DNA of 64,000 nucleotides from Catajapyx aquilonaris (lineage: Eukaryota). Both the position numbers and the translations under genes were made by a program. Below the pieces are notes generated by a model that did no database searches, was not told where the DNA came from, and saw only the letters and a list, made by a program, of their open reading frames with translations. The DNA lies in the NCBI GenBank assembly GCA_000934665.2, contig KZ538019.1, forward strand, positions 1 through 64,000, written 5' to 3'. The stretch's first letter is position 1, and each line of letters opens with the position of its first letter. Of this stretch, positions 28,501 to 41,500 are shown in pieces.

Positions 28501-31500
28501 CTATAGAGGGGGGGGGCTTTGTTTGAAAATTTTTGCAGCCCCCTGCATGCATGGTTTGAAGTGAAAGTCCTGATGCAGCCCTTGTTTGAGGGTGCAAAAC
28601 CGCGTTTTGAAACCATCCCTCAGGTGGGATTTGTGCGCTCGGTGGCTACCTCCCCTGTGCTAAGTCCATTAAGTTGCGAAAAATTTACAACTCCACCGGT
28701 TTGGGGTGCCTGGAGGTGCATCAGCTGGGATCATGGCAGCTACCGTCTAGTGACTGGATGAGTCAGTTGGTGCCAGCCTGTTGCATTTGCAAAAAGGGGC
28801 TGGCTCTCTCGGGGGGGCAGGTTTTTGGCATGATGCATGGGCGGTACCCCTACCACAGGACTTTGGCCCTTTCACCTTGAGAACCACACTGAAGGTGGAA
28901 GTAGGACACTTCCACTACCTACTCCAATGTGTAATTCGCACTTTGGACGGCCGGTCAATTTTCGCAATGGGGTTGACCTTCGTTAATTACTGTCGGACCA
29001 GCACGCATGGTCAACCCTGAACAATACTCGACTCTGGGTTCCAACCCGTGCCATTGAGTGTTTGCATTGTTTGAGGATCGCTTCCGTGCCCATACTCCTT
29101 TTTTTTGTTTGTTTTTTGCGTATCCTGGTGGTCATCTGCTATGCTCCAGCGCCTTTTTAGCTGCTGGTTTGCCTTTTTAAAAAGTGATCCGACACCGCCG
29201 ATGCTGCTGCTGATTACGCGTTTCTATTCAATGCTACGCTTTGCAGGGGCGGGGTTTTTTTAAAAAAGCATGCGGCATATTCTGGTTGGGTTACGGTTCC
29301 CCGAGTTTTGGCCACAAGGGGTCGTCCTGGCGGCACAGGGCGTGACTGCATTCTTAACCAGACTCTATCATGTCATCCGTTATTTTACGACCAACTCCCC
29401 ATACATCATTCCTCTGTTTGGAAATAAATTAATTTCGAGTTATTTATTGGTTCCTGTGCTGCAACCAGCGAAAGTCCGCCAAGGAATGATACATTGAGGC
29501 GCAGCTTACAGATACCGGGCACGAATTTCATCACTGGAAACGTTGCATGGCAACTAGGAGGAAGAGGGTCCAGGGCACAAAAGGAAAAGAAGATCCGTGC
29601 TGCATGCTAGAGTGTGTGTGCTCTGGGTGTTATGCATGCGTTATTCGCACGTTCGGAATGTGCGTTCATGCAAGGCTAGATGTGAATCCTTCGAGAGGAT
29701 TGTTACTGGGCCGGGGGAAGACAATCTAGCTTCTTCAAGGTCGAATCATGCTGGCAGCCGAATGGATCCGCCCTTTCTTGGGAGTTGGGAGGACATGGCC
29801 TCTTCTATGAGCCCAGTTTTGTGAAAAACCGATCGTTTTGAAACGAGTTCGGTTTTCATGCCTCTTAGAAACTGACCTCGTTTCAGTCACGCCCTGTGAT
29901 TCGGCAACTCGAATTTGTAACCGTTTAATTGGGGCAATAATTGGTACCTTTTGTTCCCATAGTGACAAGGAAGGTGGGGCAGAGTGACGTCAGAGATTTT
30001 CAGACGGTTAGGAAAAAAAAATGGGAAAAATTGAGAGGACCTGCTGGGAAGCCAAGCAATTTGTACGGTTGCACTCTCGTTACGATCGACCAATCGAGCT
30101 GCTAGCTGAGATCCTTCGTGCCAAACTTCCATTTTGTACTTTTACGAATTGTTTTTTTTTCTTCTTCTCTACGCAACTTGCATAGTTTCTGAGGAACTCT
30201 CCACGCTCCAATTACTATTCGCAAAAATGGGTCGCTTATTTTTTTTCTCAAAAAGAAATAAAATTCTCTGCCGGAACTGCGACAGCGTACTGTTCCAATA
30301 AATCGTTACAAAGTGTGGCGCTTAGAAAAGGGGATGTGTTTCGGAGCAATTGACTGAATGATTACTCAGGATATAGCATCGGATCACGTGCGTCATTGGT
30401 TAGGAAGGATGATTGCCCTTGACCTCGAAAAAAAAAAGAAAAAGCGAACGAATCGTCGAGGGAGAAACGCGATGAAAGTCACGGAAACAAATCAATATAT
30501 TAGTCACCAGCATTTTACCCCCGGAGTATTTGCACAGCCCAGCAGGTGATCGATAGTAATTAACAGCGATCGCGGTTATTTTTTTTAAATAGCGGCTCTT
30601 TTATGGAAGGATGCTTTCTGAATGAATTATTGCGAAAGTTGGGTCCTGTCTGGAAGGAAAGAGCCTAGAGATCCCCATCTGGGCTGAAAAGAAGAGGTTT
30701 CCCTGACAGATGTGGCATTGACGTCAGCTTTTTTTCTTTCTTTCTTCTCCATCTCACGTGATCTGAGGGCGTGGCCTGCCAAGAACTGTGTAAGAAGGCT
30801 GGCAAGAACATGTGAACTTTTGCCAACATCCACATTACCAACTTCACTAGGCTCGGAGGTTGATTTATGAGGGTAGCGGAATAATCAGACAGCGGCTGTT
30901 GGCACCCCCGAGCCGGTTGGTAGGCCTGAGCATATGGACGCCATGCTTGGCAATATGGCGTGAAATCGCAACTTTTTTCCCCCCCCCCGCATTTTAAAAA
31001 CCTGAATTAACTGTTCATAGTGTCGACCTTGAAAATGTAGCGTGATTTTTTTTTAGCAGGATGAATTCATTTTTGCAGGCAGATTATTCCGCACGCGTCG
31101 GGTTTCTTAGTCGGTTGCGTCACCCCGGGAGTGTACGACTTTTCGCCCTTGTCGCCAAAGCTCAATGCAACATGCATTGACAGATTAGCTGTTTAGAGGG
31201 GAGGTCAGGTATATAGGAATGGCATTTACAGAGCGCGGGACGTCATTTGTGCCACTGCCAGCCAGCCAGACGGTGAGTTTTTGGAATTTATTTGCGGTCG
31301 CAATAATTATTTATCGGGGTACGAAAATAGTCCAGGAATTGCGATAAGGCGATATCACGATGCGATAGTCGAAATTTCCGGATTGGTATACACTGATGTA
31401 ATGAAGACTATCCAAGACCTCGGGTATCAAGAGTGACGTATTACCCGACGAGAGAAGAAAAAAAAAAAGTACAAGAGGGGAAAGGATGGGGTGGTGGTGA

Positions 31501-34500
31501 AGATCGATTTGGCAAGCAAGTCTGGCTGTGGTACAGGTGCTAGAGTGGTTACGGGGCTTTTCCTTCCCGGAACTCTTGCGTGTTGTGTGACAAGCTAAAG
31601 GGGGGATGCTGGAAATAGCATGGGTTGCGAGGCCCCTGCACACACTGTATAGGCCTACATTGTATGTTCCTCTCCGGAGGGTTGGGTGTGTTCGCAAACG
31701 TCAAAATCGGACATTGGCCTGTGTGACCCCCACCGGTCTGGATTTCATTGTTGAAAATAGCGTCTTTCTATTTACTCAGGAAGATGAAGCGATTTGGAGA
31801 CTATCCTACTTGAGTTATTTAGAATTTCCGACCACTTCTTTTCGTCCTCCCCTCTTTCGAGCCCCCTGCAGCAGCAGCTTTTCCAGCTGGATTGATGGCC
31901 CTTCCTAATGACCCGGCTCTCACGTTCCTCCCATCGTAAACATTGAGTAATTAGTGACAGATTCCAAAGCTTGGGATTAATTCTAGGAAGACATTGTTGA
32001 GCTTCGGATGGGGCGAATCTTTTGGACCATTGTTGTGATGCAAGTGCCTCCAGCTGCGGCTGAATGTGGGGGGGCCAATGCCGCAATTTTACAAATCACT
32101 CGAAATCGATTTGCCTTCCCAAAGTGCCCTCAATCTCTTCTCCCGGCTTTTTATCCTCTTTCTTCCCCCTACCCCTCCTCAGTCCTCTCCCTTCCTCCTT
32201 TGTCATTGGTCGGTTGGCAGTTGGCAACAGCAGGCTGCATGGGGAGGAAAAGCACCCGGTACCCCGACCGGGATTCATTAATGTCACGGATAGATCACCT
32301 TTGATGAATTTCAGGGCATATGAAATAAATAAGTCCGGACCTTTGTATTATTTCTTTTTCCAGTCGCCTTATCAGATTTTCTGGGGGACCCGGGACACAA
32401 TTTGCTACTGCTGCAGTTGTCTATTTCTGGGTGGGGGAGTTGACAGGAGGACAACGACCTGCAGGACTGACTGCGGCATGGATGTTAAAACCCGCTAGGT
32501 ATTTGTATATCGATTGAAGCCCGCGAATAGAGGGGGGGTAGAGCTAGGCTTTTCCACACGAAACCCAAGTAGGCGCGACGATGGGCAGTCAAACGGTACG
32601 TGGGCAGAAGAATACGTTATTTTTGGTGGACCCTGTGGTTGCGCCCACTACCCTGGGTCCATCTGTGGGAAACGTGAATTTTCCATTCAGAGCGACGCGG
32701 ATAATTATGCGTTTCGGCGTCATAATTTGCTCCATTTTGGAAATCAGCACTGGGAGGGTTTTTCCACTCAACGAAAAGCCCTGCTCAGCTTTTGCCAGCT
32801 CCATGGTAGGCGTCATTAGGCTAATTTGTTGATAATGAGACGATAACGGGCCCTTTCACACCTCCGGGTGGGGGAAGCAGCATTGGGTATAGACATGTAG
32901 AGTGAAACCTCGATTCATCGTTTTCGTCGGGGATCGGAAAAACGATAGATGCGGAGAAACGGTAGATGCGGGTTTAATTTACATTGTACAAATGTGATTT
33001 ATTTCGACACTGGAGCAATTAAACGATGGAATGCGATACATGCGTGCAATTCTGAAGCAGTTTTCATTTTTTTTACACCTTGAGAAAAATTTGATTAAGA
33101 ACCTTGGAGGTACGAGTATCCTCAAAAGTGGTTAATGCAACAACAGAGAAAAGGTGTCGGAAATGGGGATGAAAAGTGGTGAAGGAAGTTCAGCCCGAAC
33201 TGTTACAAATTATTTCTGGCTGCTTCGTGCTCAAACTATTGCTAAACTTTTATCGCGTGAGCTTTCTTGGAGCTTGCACATTTTTGGGAGGAAACTTTAT
33301 TTTTTGAAGACTCGCATCCCGTATAGCATGAGCCGTGCATTTTGATATGATGCGCATAATTTTTTTATATAAAAATGGGTCAGGTCACCTGCTGTATGAG
33401 GCAAGTACTTTTGAGTGGTAGACAAGGAGAAAAATGTGATGTGGAGCTTAGGGAAATTCGTCGTGTCGATACGATCGCGGCCGCCAACCTTGCCAGCTTT
33501 ATCCCTCAAGTTCATAAATAATTTTCGGGAGTTTTGCGAATCATATGCTACAAGTAGAAGAAAGCTCATTTTTCCATCGCAGTTTTTATCCTCATGTGCT
33601 TCCTGCTCGAAACTACTTGTGACACTTGGACCCGTTTACACCCCCCTCTTTTTTTTTTTTGTCAAACAGCTAATGGAAATGTGCTTCACTCTTGGTTGGC
33701 TGCAAACGGGGCAGTTGGGTCGTATTTTTCAATGGGGGACGTTGAAGAGTGGCCTTTGTGACTTGGAGAGGCGCCGTTGAGTCTAGTGCAAAGTGGCTGC
33801 TGTAAGGTGTAGGCCCCGGTACTCTTTTTCTCGGGCGATAGTGAATCCCGGAGTGAATAATGCCCCTGACAAGACCTCTCGCGGGGGAAAAAAATCGTTG
33901 AGACTCCCGTTGTAGTCCCCCCCTTCTAGATAAGGGATACTGATAGAGAACGAGACTAGTAGGCAGCTATCAAGTGGTAATGACACGGCAGTTATAGGCT
34001 GATGCGATGGGATATATAAATTATGGGGGAGCCATATTTTATTCCACGCTCTGGGGCGGGCTTGACGAAACTTGTGCAAAGTTAATCCACCGGTTAGATC
34101 AGACTATTTCTTTAAATAATATTTATTTTGATGCGTATTTTAAAAATATTTATCGGGAGGCGTTAGGAAATATTTGCAGTCTATACACATAATCTGTTGG
34201 GAGATGTGAAAATTGATAGGGAGTTGCTAGCCTTTATTCGGTCACTGGCCGTGACTCCCAGTGGGCAAGTTTGCCCCCCGCTTCAAACTGGTCTTTGCTG
34301 CGTGTTTTACCTGCGTGCTTGAGTCGAGGTTCGCACCTTATATTTTTATTTATTTTTATTTTTTGCGAAATCAACGATCGAACGTTTCTACGGAAGGGTT
34401 TTCTTACCTGGAGGAAACAATGGGCGCTTTTTGAACACTGGAACTTTCACTGTTAAACGTACCGGTAGTGTTGTAAAAATGATGACGTGGCGAAATGAGT

Positions 34501-35498
34501 GTGCTCTGCTTCAGGTATGCCTCGTATTCAGAGGGGTGATAGACCTGCATATAGATAAGCGGACTATTATTCATTGTTTTTACCTCTCCATCAATCGTGG
34601 CATAAGGGACTCTGCACAATACTGTAATGAAACTGACCTGGGACAAAAGGTAGCCTTTGGTACTGTACAACCGAGTAATACAAAGGGTTGAATATGTGTC
34701 ACTATTTTGGTTTGTGCCACACTGTTTCACAATGAATAAGGTCGCGCATGTACATGTTGACAGTTATGGCGAATAAGGAATCCGCACCTGTGTTAGTGCC
34801 AAGTCACCTCTATATCACGGGCTGTCACTGTACTCGGTCTTCTTTCCTGCTGAAAAATACTCAAGGCCGAAATACTTGAGTGTATCGAATCTTTCAGGAA
34901 GAACCTTGGGAACCCTGTCTGAAATCAAATAATGACGTTTTGATTTATTAATTTGAAGGACAGGGTCTACGACACACCACTATATATGTGACAGCACTTT
35001 TGACGCTCAAACGAAAGAAGGTTGTGCTTCATCTTCCAGTATGACTTGCCATTAACTCCATGCATAATGGCCAAAGAATTATGGGACCTTGGCAAAGCAG
35101 TGCTTCAAAAATGTCGCATGAAAGCCTGCAATAATTGGTATGTGCAGGTAACAAAAAAGGGTGGGGATGGAAATGAGCGAGTGCAGTCGTGCGCCTCTTT
35201 TGTTGTGGCACCTGTGGCTATTGACATGGACGCATCAGTTTCCGTTCCGGAAGCATCTTTGTTGACGCCATTCAGAGGTGTTTATTAGACGAGCGACGAT
35301 CCATATACCCCCGGTGGATTGAAACCGGGCGTAATGAGCTGCCAGTGCTGCAGCAGAGTCGAGGCATGTTGCAATGTGATTTAGTTCCTGCACTGTCAGA
35401 TATTGTCCATGTTTCGTTCGCATGGAGGTGTGGTGCCACAGCATTGTGTATATGGAAACTGTTGCAATTACAACAATGTGTTTTTCTTTCTTCTCCAG

Positions 35499-35546
35499 GT
35501 AAAGACTACGTCTGGGGTACAGGAAAAATCGGAGTGAAATGCGAAG
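35499..35546 (+). CDS. 48-nt microexon of the p85-like gene encoding the middle of C1 domain 1: (C)[15 protein letters not shown](E)
   Basis: Acceptor tttttctttcttctccag and donor GAAG|gtgagt, phase 1-1. Joined to 40206 it gives C-x13-C-x2-C-x4-H-x2-C-x8-C, the C1 zinc-finger spacing (the first Cys assumes the upstream exon supplies a T). Confidence 0.85.
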
Positions 35547-38500
35547 GTGAGTTTGCCCACAAGTCTTTCTCCCGTTGCTGACTCCAGACTGCATGGCCGT
35601 ATAATATTGAAGACAGCAAAAAAGTTGTATAACTCGTTGGGGGATACCTAATCTGATGTAACCATGGCAAAAAAAGAAAAAAAGAAAAATTGGAGGGGAA
35701 TGCAAGTTTTGCGGCGTTGTAATTGCAGTTTCAAGTGGTCCCCACAGGAGAGAGACTGGGGGAAGGGTTAGAAGATGGTGAGCACAGACACGTTTGCATG
35801 CATGAATAATTCAACACGGTTCGAAGGGCGTAGCCAGCCAGCCGGTATACCTGTCCCCCCTCCCTTGATCCCAGGGTACATTTTTCGGGTCACAAATCGA
35901 CCCTTTTTGTTGCAAGCCTGGGTGCGTTTGTAATCCTTCTCAATTAAGTGATCACGGGGGTGAGGAAAAGGTGTGCAAATTGCGCCACTCAGCAGAGCAC
36001 ATTAATTTGTCATGAGCCGGCGCGGTATTGCCGCGGGACACTTTTATGGGGACTTGGTGAGACATTTCGTGCACGGGCTCTAGGCACGCTGAAGCCGGGG
36101 CAAGTGTAACTAAATAGATGTGGTTATATCTGGTTGGATGTGACATTTTCTGCCACCTGGCAATTTGCACGGCACAGAAATTGCACGAGTTTTATTGGCA
36201 TCATTGTCACTTATGTTCGGAAATAGTATCGATGTCTGTGTGATTTGCGTCAGAAATTATATTGCGCCAAGTGGAGTCAGAACCGCCTGGAGTCACGCAA
36301 GTGACCACGTTCCGGAATTAAAAAGGAATTATCTGGCGGCTTGGTTTTTTATCATGGGAACAGGGCAGGGTGTGTTGGATATGAGTGTATGACCCCCTAC
36401 CTGCTAGCATGACTTTTCAGATTTTTCGGTTTACTCTCACGCTTCGATAGGTTATCTCACACGAAGGTCACCCTCCCCCCGATATACGCAAGATTAGAAA
36501 CAATCCAGTCAGAAGTGACTCCAAAATTACAGGTAGAAATGCAAAATGGCGGCAGTGTTTCCCCTTCCATGTGAAGTGCATTCGACGTGGCAGTATTTTC
36601 GCCAGCAGAAAAAAAAGAGCGGCCTACTTCTCAGCCAATTTGTAGTGTCGGTTCGAATAATGGGAATGCTCCAGCTATTGTCTGCATAGAACCGGTTGCA
36701 CCAGTGTGCCAGTAAATCCCTTTAAAAAAAGGCCGGCCTGTTACGCAAACTGTATGATTTTTCTGGTGCAACTTAGGGCCTCCATCGATGAATATTACAC
36801 TGTTGGCCTGCCGGAATGCGACGTATAGGTTTAACCTTCACTGGTTTTAGCTCAGATTCGTGGGCCACGAGGACACAGCAGGAGTTACGCGGGGTCATCA
36901 GCGCCGGCTGTCACGCTAATGTCTACAGTTGCGTGCCTTTGCAATAGATATTCTGCAGCGCGTGGGCGCATCATGCCAGGTACAAAAAAAGAACAGGAAG
37001 GGAATAATTGTCGCAGGGTTTTTATTCCGAGAGAGGTCCAGAAATATTGAAGATGTACACTGTATGGGCCGTTGACGTCACTGAGCGGCAGGTAAATTTC
37101 TCCCGACACTCAGGCAAAGCAAACACACGGCTATTTCTGTCCTTTGAATCGGCTCGCTCGCATCAAACCCAATGAACGTGGAGAGTAATGTTCTCTGACA
37201 TAATCCGGGTCTGGGAAAGGCCTGTCTTTGGAGCAAAATCATTTGTGACTGGTTCCAGAAGGAAAAAAGGTCACGGCGTGTACTGATATCTATAGAAATA
37301 GGTTTTTTAAAATAAATTCGATGCAGTATGCAGTGTAATCAAATGGTAGGGTGTGCCAGAATTCCGTGACCTCCCCAACATTCCCGGCGATGGTCCAAAA
37401 ATAACCGTCATTTTTGAGGTAGTCCGACTTGACTTAATAGTACACTCCAAGGATTGCAGATTTAGCGTTTAATAGTTGCAGCACACAGTTACACACACTC
37501 ATAGTGGTGCATGCAAGGTTGTGATTGTTCTCAGTTCCAGGGTCGGATCTGCTAGCTCTGTCATATGTAGGGAGTTGTATTGATTAGACAAAGGGTTCAT
37601 AAAGTTTCCTGGAAATCACTTTCACGGTCACCTGCCGCAGGAAAACGTTTGTTTGAATCGAAGCGGTACCCGTCACATAATAGCGGTTTTTGTCCTGATG
37701 TAACGATAGTGTATAAGCAGCCACAATCTCGAAAATGATTTCATCGCCGAATAAGCATCTTGGACCTTGTTTGGATATGCGGTGTTATGTCACCCTCCTG
37801 GCAGTTATGGACCCTAAAGAGAGCGGGGCCTGGTTGCATAAAAGAAGCATCTCGGGGACTGACTGGGTCGAAATATAGGACGTGGCGGTTAGGGATCGTA
37901 AAATTTTTTCGAGCTTTAATAGTTCCTCCACTTGGGTGAATGGAAGTTTCATAACAGGAGGTTTCGGATTCACACTCGGATGTCTCCCGGGCAATTTTTA
38001 TAATGAGCGTAAATGCGGCTGATTGAGACATTGAGGAGGACCAGCTTCCAACTTTTCTTAAGGGCGTTTTTGCATAATTTATGGCTGCCCCCACTGCGAC
38101 TGGCAAGATTTTCATTTTCGAGGAGGGGCAACATGTGGCCCTAAAGAGGGCTCCTAGTACCATTCTGGGAGGTAGAAAAGGAGACGGAAATTGATTCGCT
38201 ACCGGTTTTTACACTATATGTAGGAAACTAGGAACTATCAAGTCAATCATGTCAACTGGCCTTGTCACCCTGTTACAGGCATTACATAGTAACTAGACGC
38301 ATATACAATATTCATGGTGTGTTACGTATATAAATTCGTCTGGTACTAATAGCAGTCCGACATGACACGGATATGACGTGTCACGTGAACCAGTCAGTCA
38401 CCACAAGCTATAACTATATAATCGAGAAGCTGTATTTATTGGCGAGGTACTGGGTTCGATTCCAGTCGCATGTATAGCAAGTGCTGACTTACCCAGCCAT

Positions 38501-41500
38501 TACGACGCATTTTTGCCACACCCTGCCGCTTGTTTTGCGGTTTCAACTCGGCTGACTAATATTTAGACAAGTGTCAGCCGATAATGAGGTGGCGGAAGTG
38601 ACATCACTCGAATTACGTACTATCCTTTTTTGTTGAAACCGCCGACACATCCCACTTCCTTCCAACGGAAGGCCAAGACAACAATAATTGGAGCGGCCCC
38701 CTTTAAAAATGCCCTGCCGCTGGTTGTTGTGGGAGATGACCTTCGTGTGACCCCTTGCAAAGCGATGTATAGCCAGTCAAAAAGAAGTGCAGTTGCTCGA
38801 TATACTATTCCGACCGTCTGGAGATTATATTCCAGCTTCTCAATTCCGCAACGAATCGGCTTCAAGGATGGCCTATTCTTCCTTAGCGTTGCGTTTGTCG
38901 TTGATGATAAGGGCCGACACGACCTGGAACGAATGTCGGGTATGCCCGTTTTACGTTCCTTTTTTTTTCTGTCCCTGAATTATTGAACGCCCGGTAGTTT
39001 ATTTTTTTCTGCTGCCAAATATCTGCCCTTGAACCGGTCAAAAAAAGCGTGACGTATTATGCACATTTTATGATGGGGCGAATTGCATCACCATTTCTAA
39101 GAAGCTATTCTTGGTGGGGACCGTACGACGGTCGCGAGATAGGTTCGCAGACAGCGGTTCGCCAACGCCTATCTGCAGATGGATGTCCCTGAAATTATCG
39201 CCGGTTTTTTTACAAGTTCCCGAATTGTCGACTCCAGCAACCATGTTGCCAGAGTGCTGCGGCCTCCGATACCGGTGTATGAGCCGGGTGGTGTGTCCAG
39301 CCACGTGGCAACTATGCCGGGGTAGGGGGCGCTGGTGGTGCGGGCTGGTGGGGAGCTCGGTTAGAGGAGTTGAGTACCGACCGGCTTTCTGCCGCTCCGA
39401 AGCTCGCAGTCGCTGGTTGGCACTCACCCAGGACGGGAGCAGCCGCTCCGACTCACCCCCCCCCCATACCCGGCTACCAACCCCTTCCCCCCCACCCCTA
39501 TGACCTGCTGAACAACAACACAAAAAACTGAGTGGTCCAAGTGCTGGATGGTCGAGGACATGTACATTCCGGTACCGTCGGATCTGCAGCCCCAGCCGAT
39601 GGCCATGCACGTGGAGGACAACGCAGTGTACGGGCGGATGACGGCCGTTCGGAGCCCGGAGCCCACCCGGATCACCACCACCCTGACGGTCAGCTCTCCG
39701 GAATCCCCATCGGTGGTGCTGCCCAACGACCTGAACCGGGACCAGAAGATCGACAACAAGAATCTGGACACCCTGGAGGAGAAGCGGAATCTGTTCGAGT
39801 CCAAGCTTCCGCAGCTGCTCAACATCGACTCGGAGAACTACATGCTGAAGGCTGGTTGCGACGGGAACATCCGACCCAGGTCCTCCAGTTTCGGGACCCT
39901 AGCCAGCCTCCGATCCGCCACCATCGCGTCCTCCGTGTCCTCGTCCGGGTTGCACCATGCCAAAGAGCAGCCGGAGCGGTTCGTGCTGCAGGAGACGAGT
40001 AGCTCGCTGGCGGCCGCACTAAGCCGCATCTCCCCTAAAAGTGTCCCCAAGCTCGACCCGCCCGAGGTGCCGGCAGAGTCTAGTAGTAATAGTAGTAATA
40101 GCAGTAATAGCAGCATCCCGAACTGTGCTCACGTCTTGGTCAGTCAGGGGTTGTGTACGTGCCGTCTTAGCTGCTGCTGCATGTGCTGTCACTTTTGTCA
40201 TCTAGAGTGCCACGCGTGCTTCCACAACGTGTGCGCCTCCTACAGCCCTAGTCATCTGTGTCGGAGGAGCAACGAGGCCCTGCCACCAGTCACACACAAC
40301 AAAGAAGTGGTGAGTACCTTCCTAATATTCTCTAGTGACGTAACCCCCTCGGTTCATTCAGGGGCGGGCTTTTAGAGGCCACGGGAAGGACGAAAGAGTG
40401 TCCACCCGCGGTTAATAATGAGGGATCGGAGCCGGGTTTTGGGTCGATTACCAATTCATGAAGGACACGTGGCGACATTAGGAACGGTGGTTGCTGCTTG
40501 TACATGACATTGATTGAAGCTTAAGCACCGGTGTAGCTAAAACTCGATTCTGAACTAATTTGTCCGGCAAAAAACAGTACTGATTGCTAAGCGCGACGCT
40601 TCATTAGAACGTCGACGAGTCGTTCCGGTTGCGGGTCATCACCAGAAGAAGGTGACTTCTTGCAACTAAACAAAATAAGGCGCAGTTTGAGAAAAGATTG
40701 ATAGAGGTTGAGCCGGGTAGGAGGGCAATTTCCTCCACTGTATTGAATGAATGCCACGGGCGGTGGCGGTCTCTCTAGAAACATCCAACATTTTGGCGAC
40801 ATTGGGAGATTTGGGGAGAGTTTTTTTTCTTTCTTTCTTTTGCAAAATATTCTGGCACGGGGCCTGCTTCGTCCCGTTGCCCTCGCCTGGAAATAACTCC
40901 CAAGGAGAGGCGACCTCTTGCTGGTTTATTTGGCGAAGGAAGGACATCCAGCTGATGCCCATGGCCAACGACTGCGAAAATGGTGTGAACTGCAAAAGAA
41001 AAAAAGAAAAAAGAGAGGATCAATCCGAACAGATGTGTAGCATGCAAAAAACTTGATTTATATCGGTTTAGGTAAGCCATCTCGAAAGGCGCATAAAAAA
41101 GTAGGTGTGGCTTACACAACGCGCAACGCACTGCCCAGAAGGCAATAAATTGCATCGCCACTTCATTAAGTGTCCTCGGAGATAGCGTATCGTGCGTAAC
41201 TCACGGCTCGTTGTAAACAAGTCGCAAACGGTTTTCTATAACATGTGGGTTTTTTTGTGTGTGCGCAAAAATGGAATCGATTCGGGTATTCGTAGGTTGC
41301 GCAATGGTTCAAATGGGAGGTAGGCATGTGAAGGCCCCTCGAGGCGGAATGGGGCCCACCCAACGGGTTGGCAATTTCACCTCATATTTTAACCGCCTTG
41401 TAAGCCGAGAGGCAAGATAAGACCGGTTGAGGATGGTCATGGCCATGCTTTTGCGATGCGGCCCCACCTCCCATGGTACTCTCTTGTGTGGCCAATGCAA

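Noticed and set aside
28500..28660. Degenerate hAT-MITE-like termini (tggctacctcccctg; similar motifs near 6863, 35825, 40360, 52070)
   Set aside because: Could not pair the ends or find target duplications; needs a repeat library.
36692..36779. 10-bp inverted repeat gttgcaccag...ctggtgcaac resembling a MITE
   Set aside because: Too short and lacks a clear target-site duplication.
38445..38470. B-box/T-arm-like ctgggttcgattccag
   Set aside because: No A-box, cloverleaf or SINE tail could be identified; at most a decayed SINE fragment.
39068..40201. Overlapping and antisense ORFs around the alternative first exon (39068-39610, 39111-39503, 39424-39825, 39532-40002, 39838-40116)
   Set aside because: Shadow ORFs from GC-rich, codon-biased sequence; no recognisable protein features.
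40139..40205. Possible 67-nt intron (TTG|gtcagt...tctag) inside the alternative first exon
   Set aside because: Removing it shifts the frame relative to the downstream C1/SAM exons.
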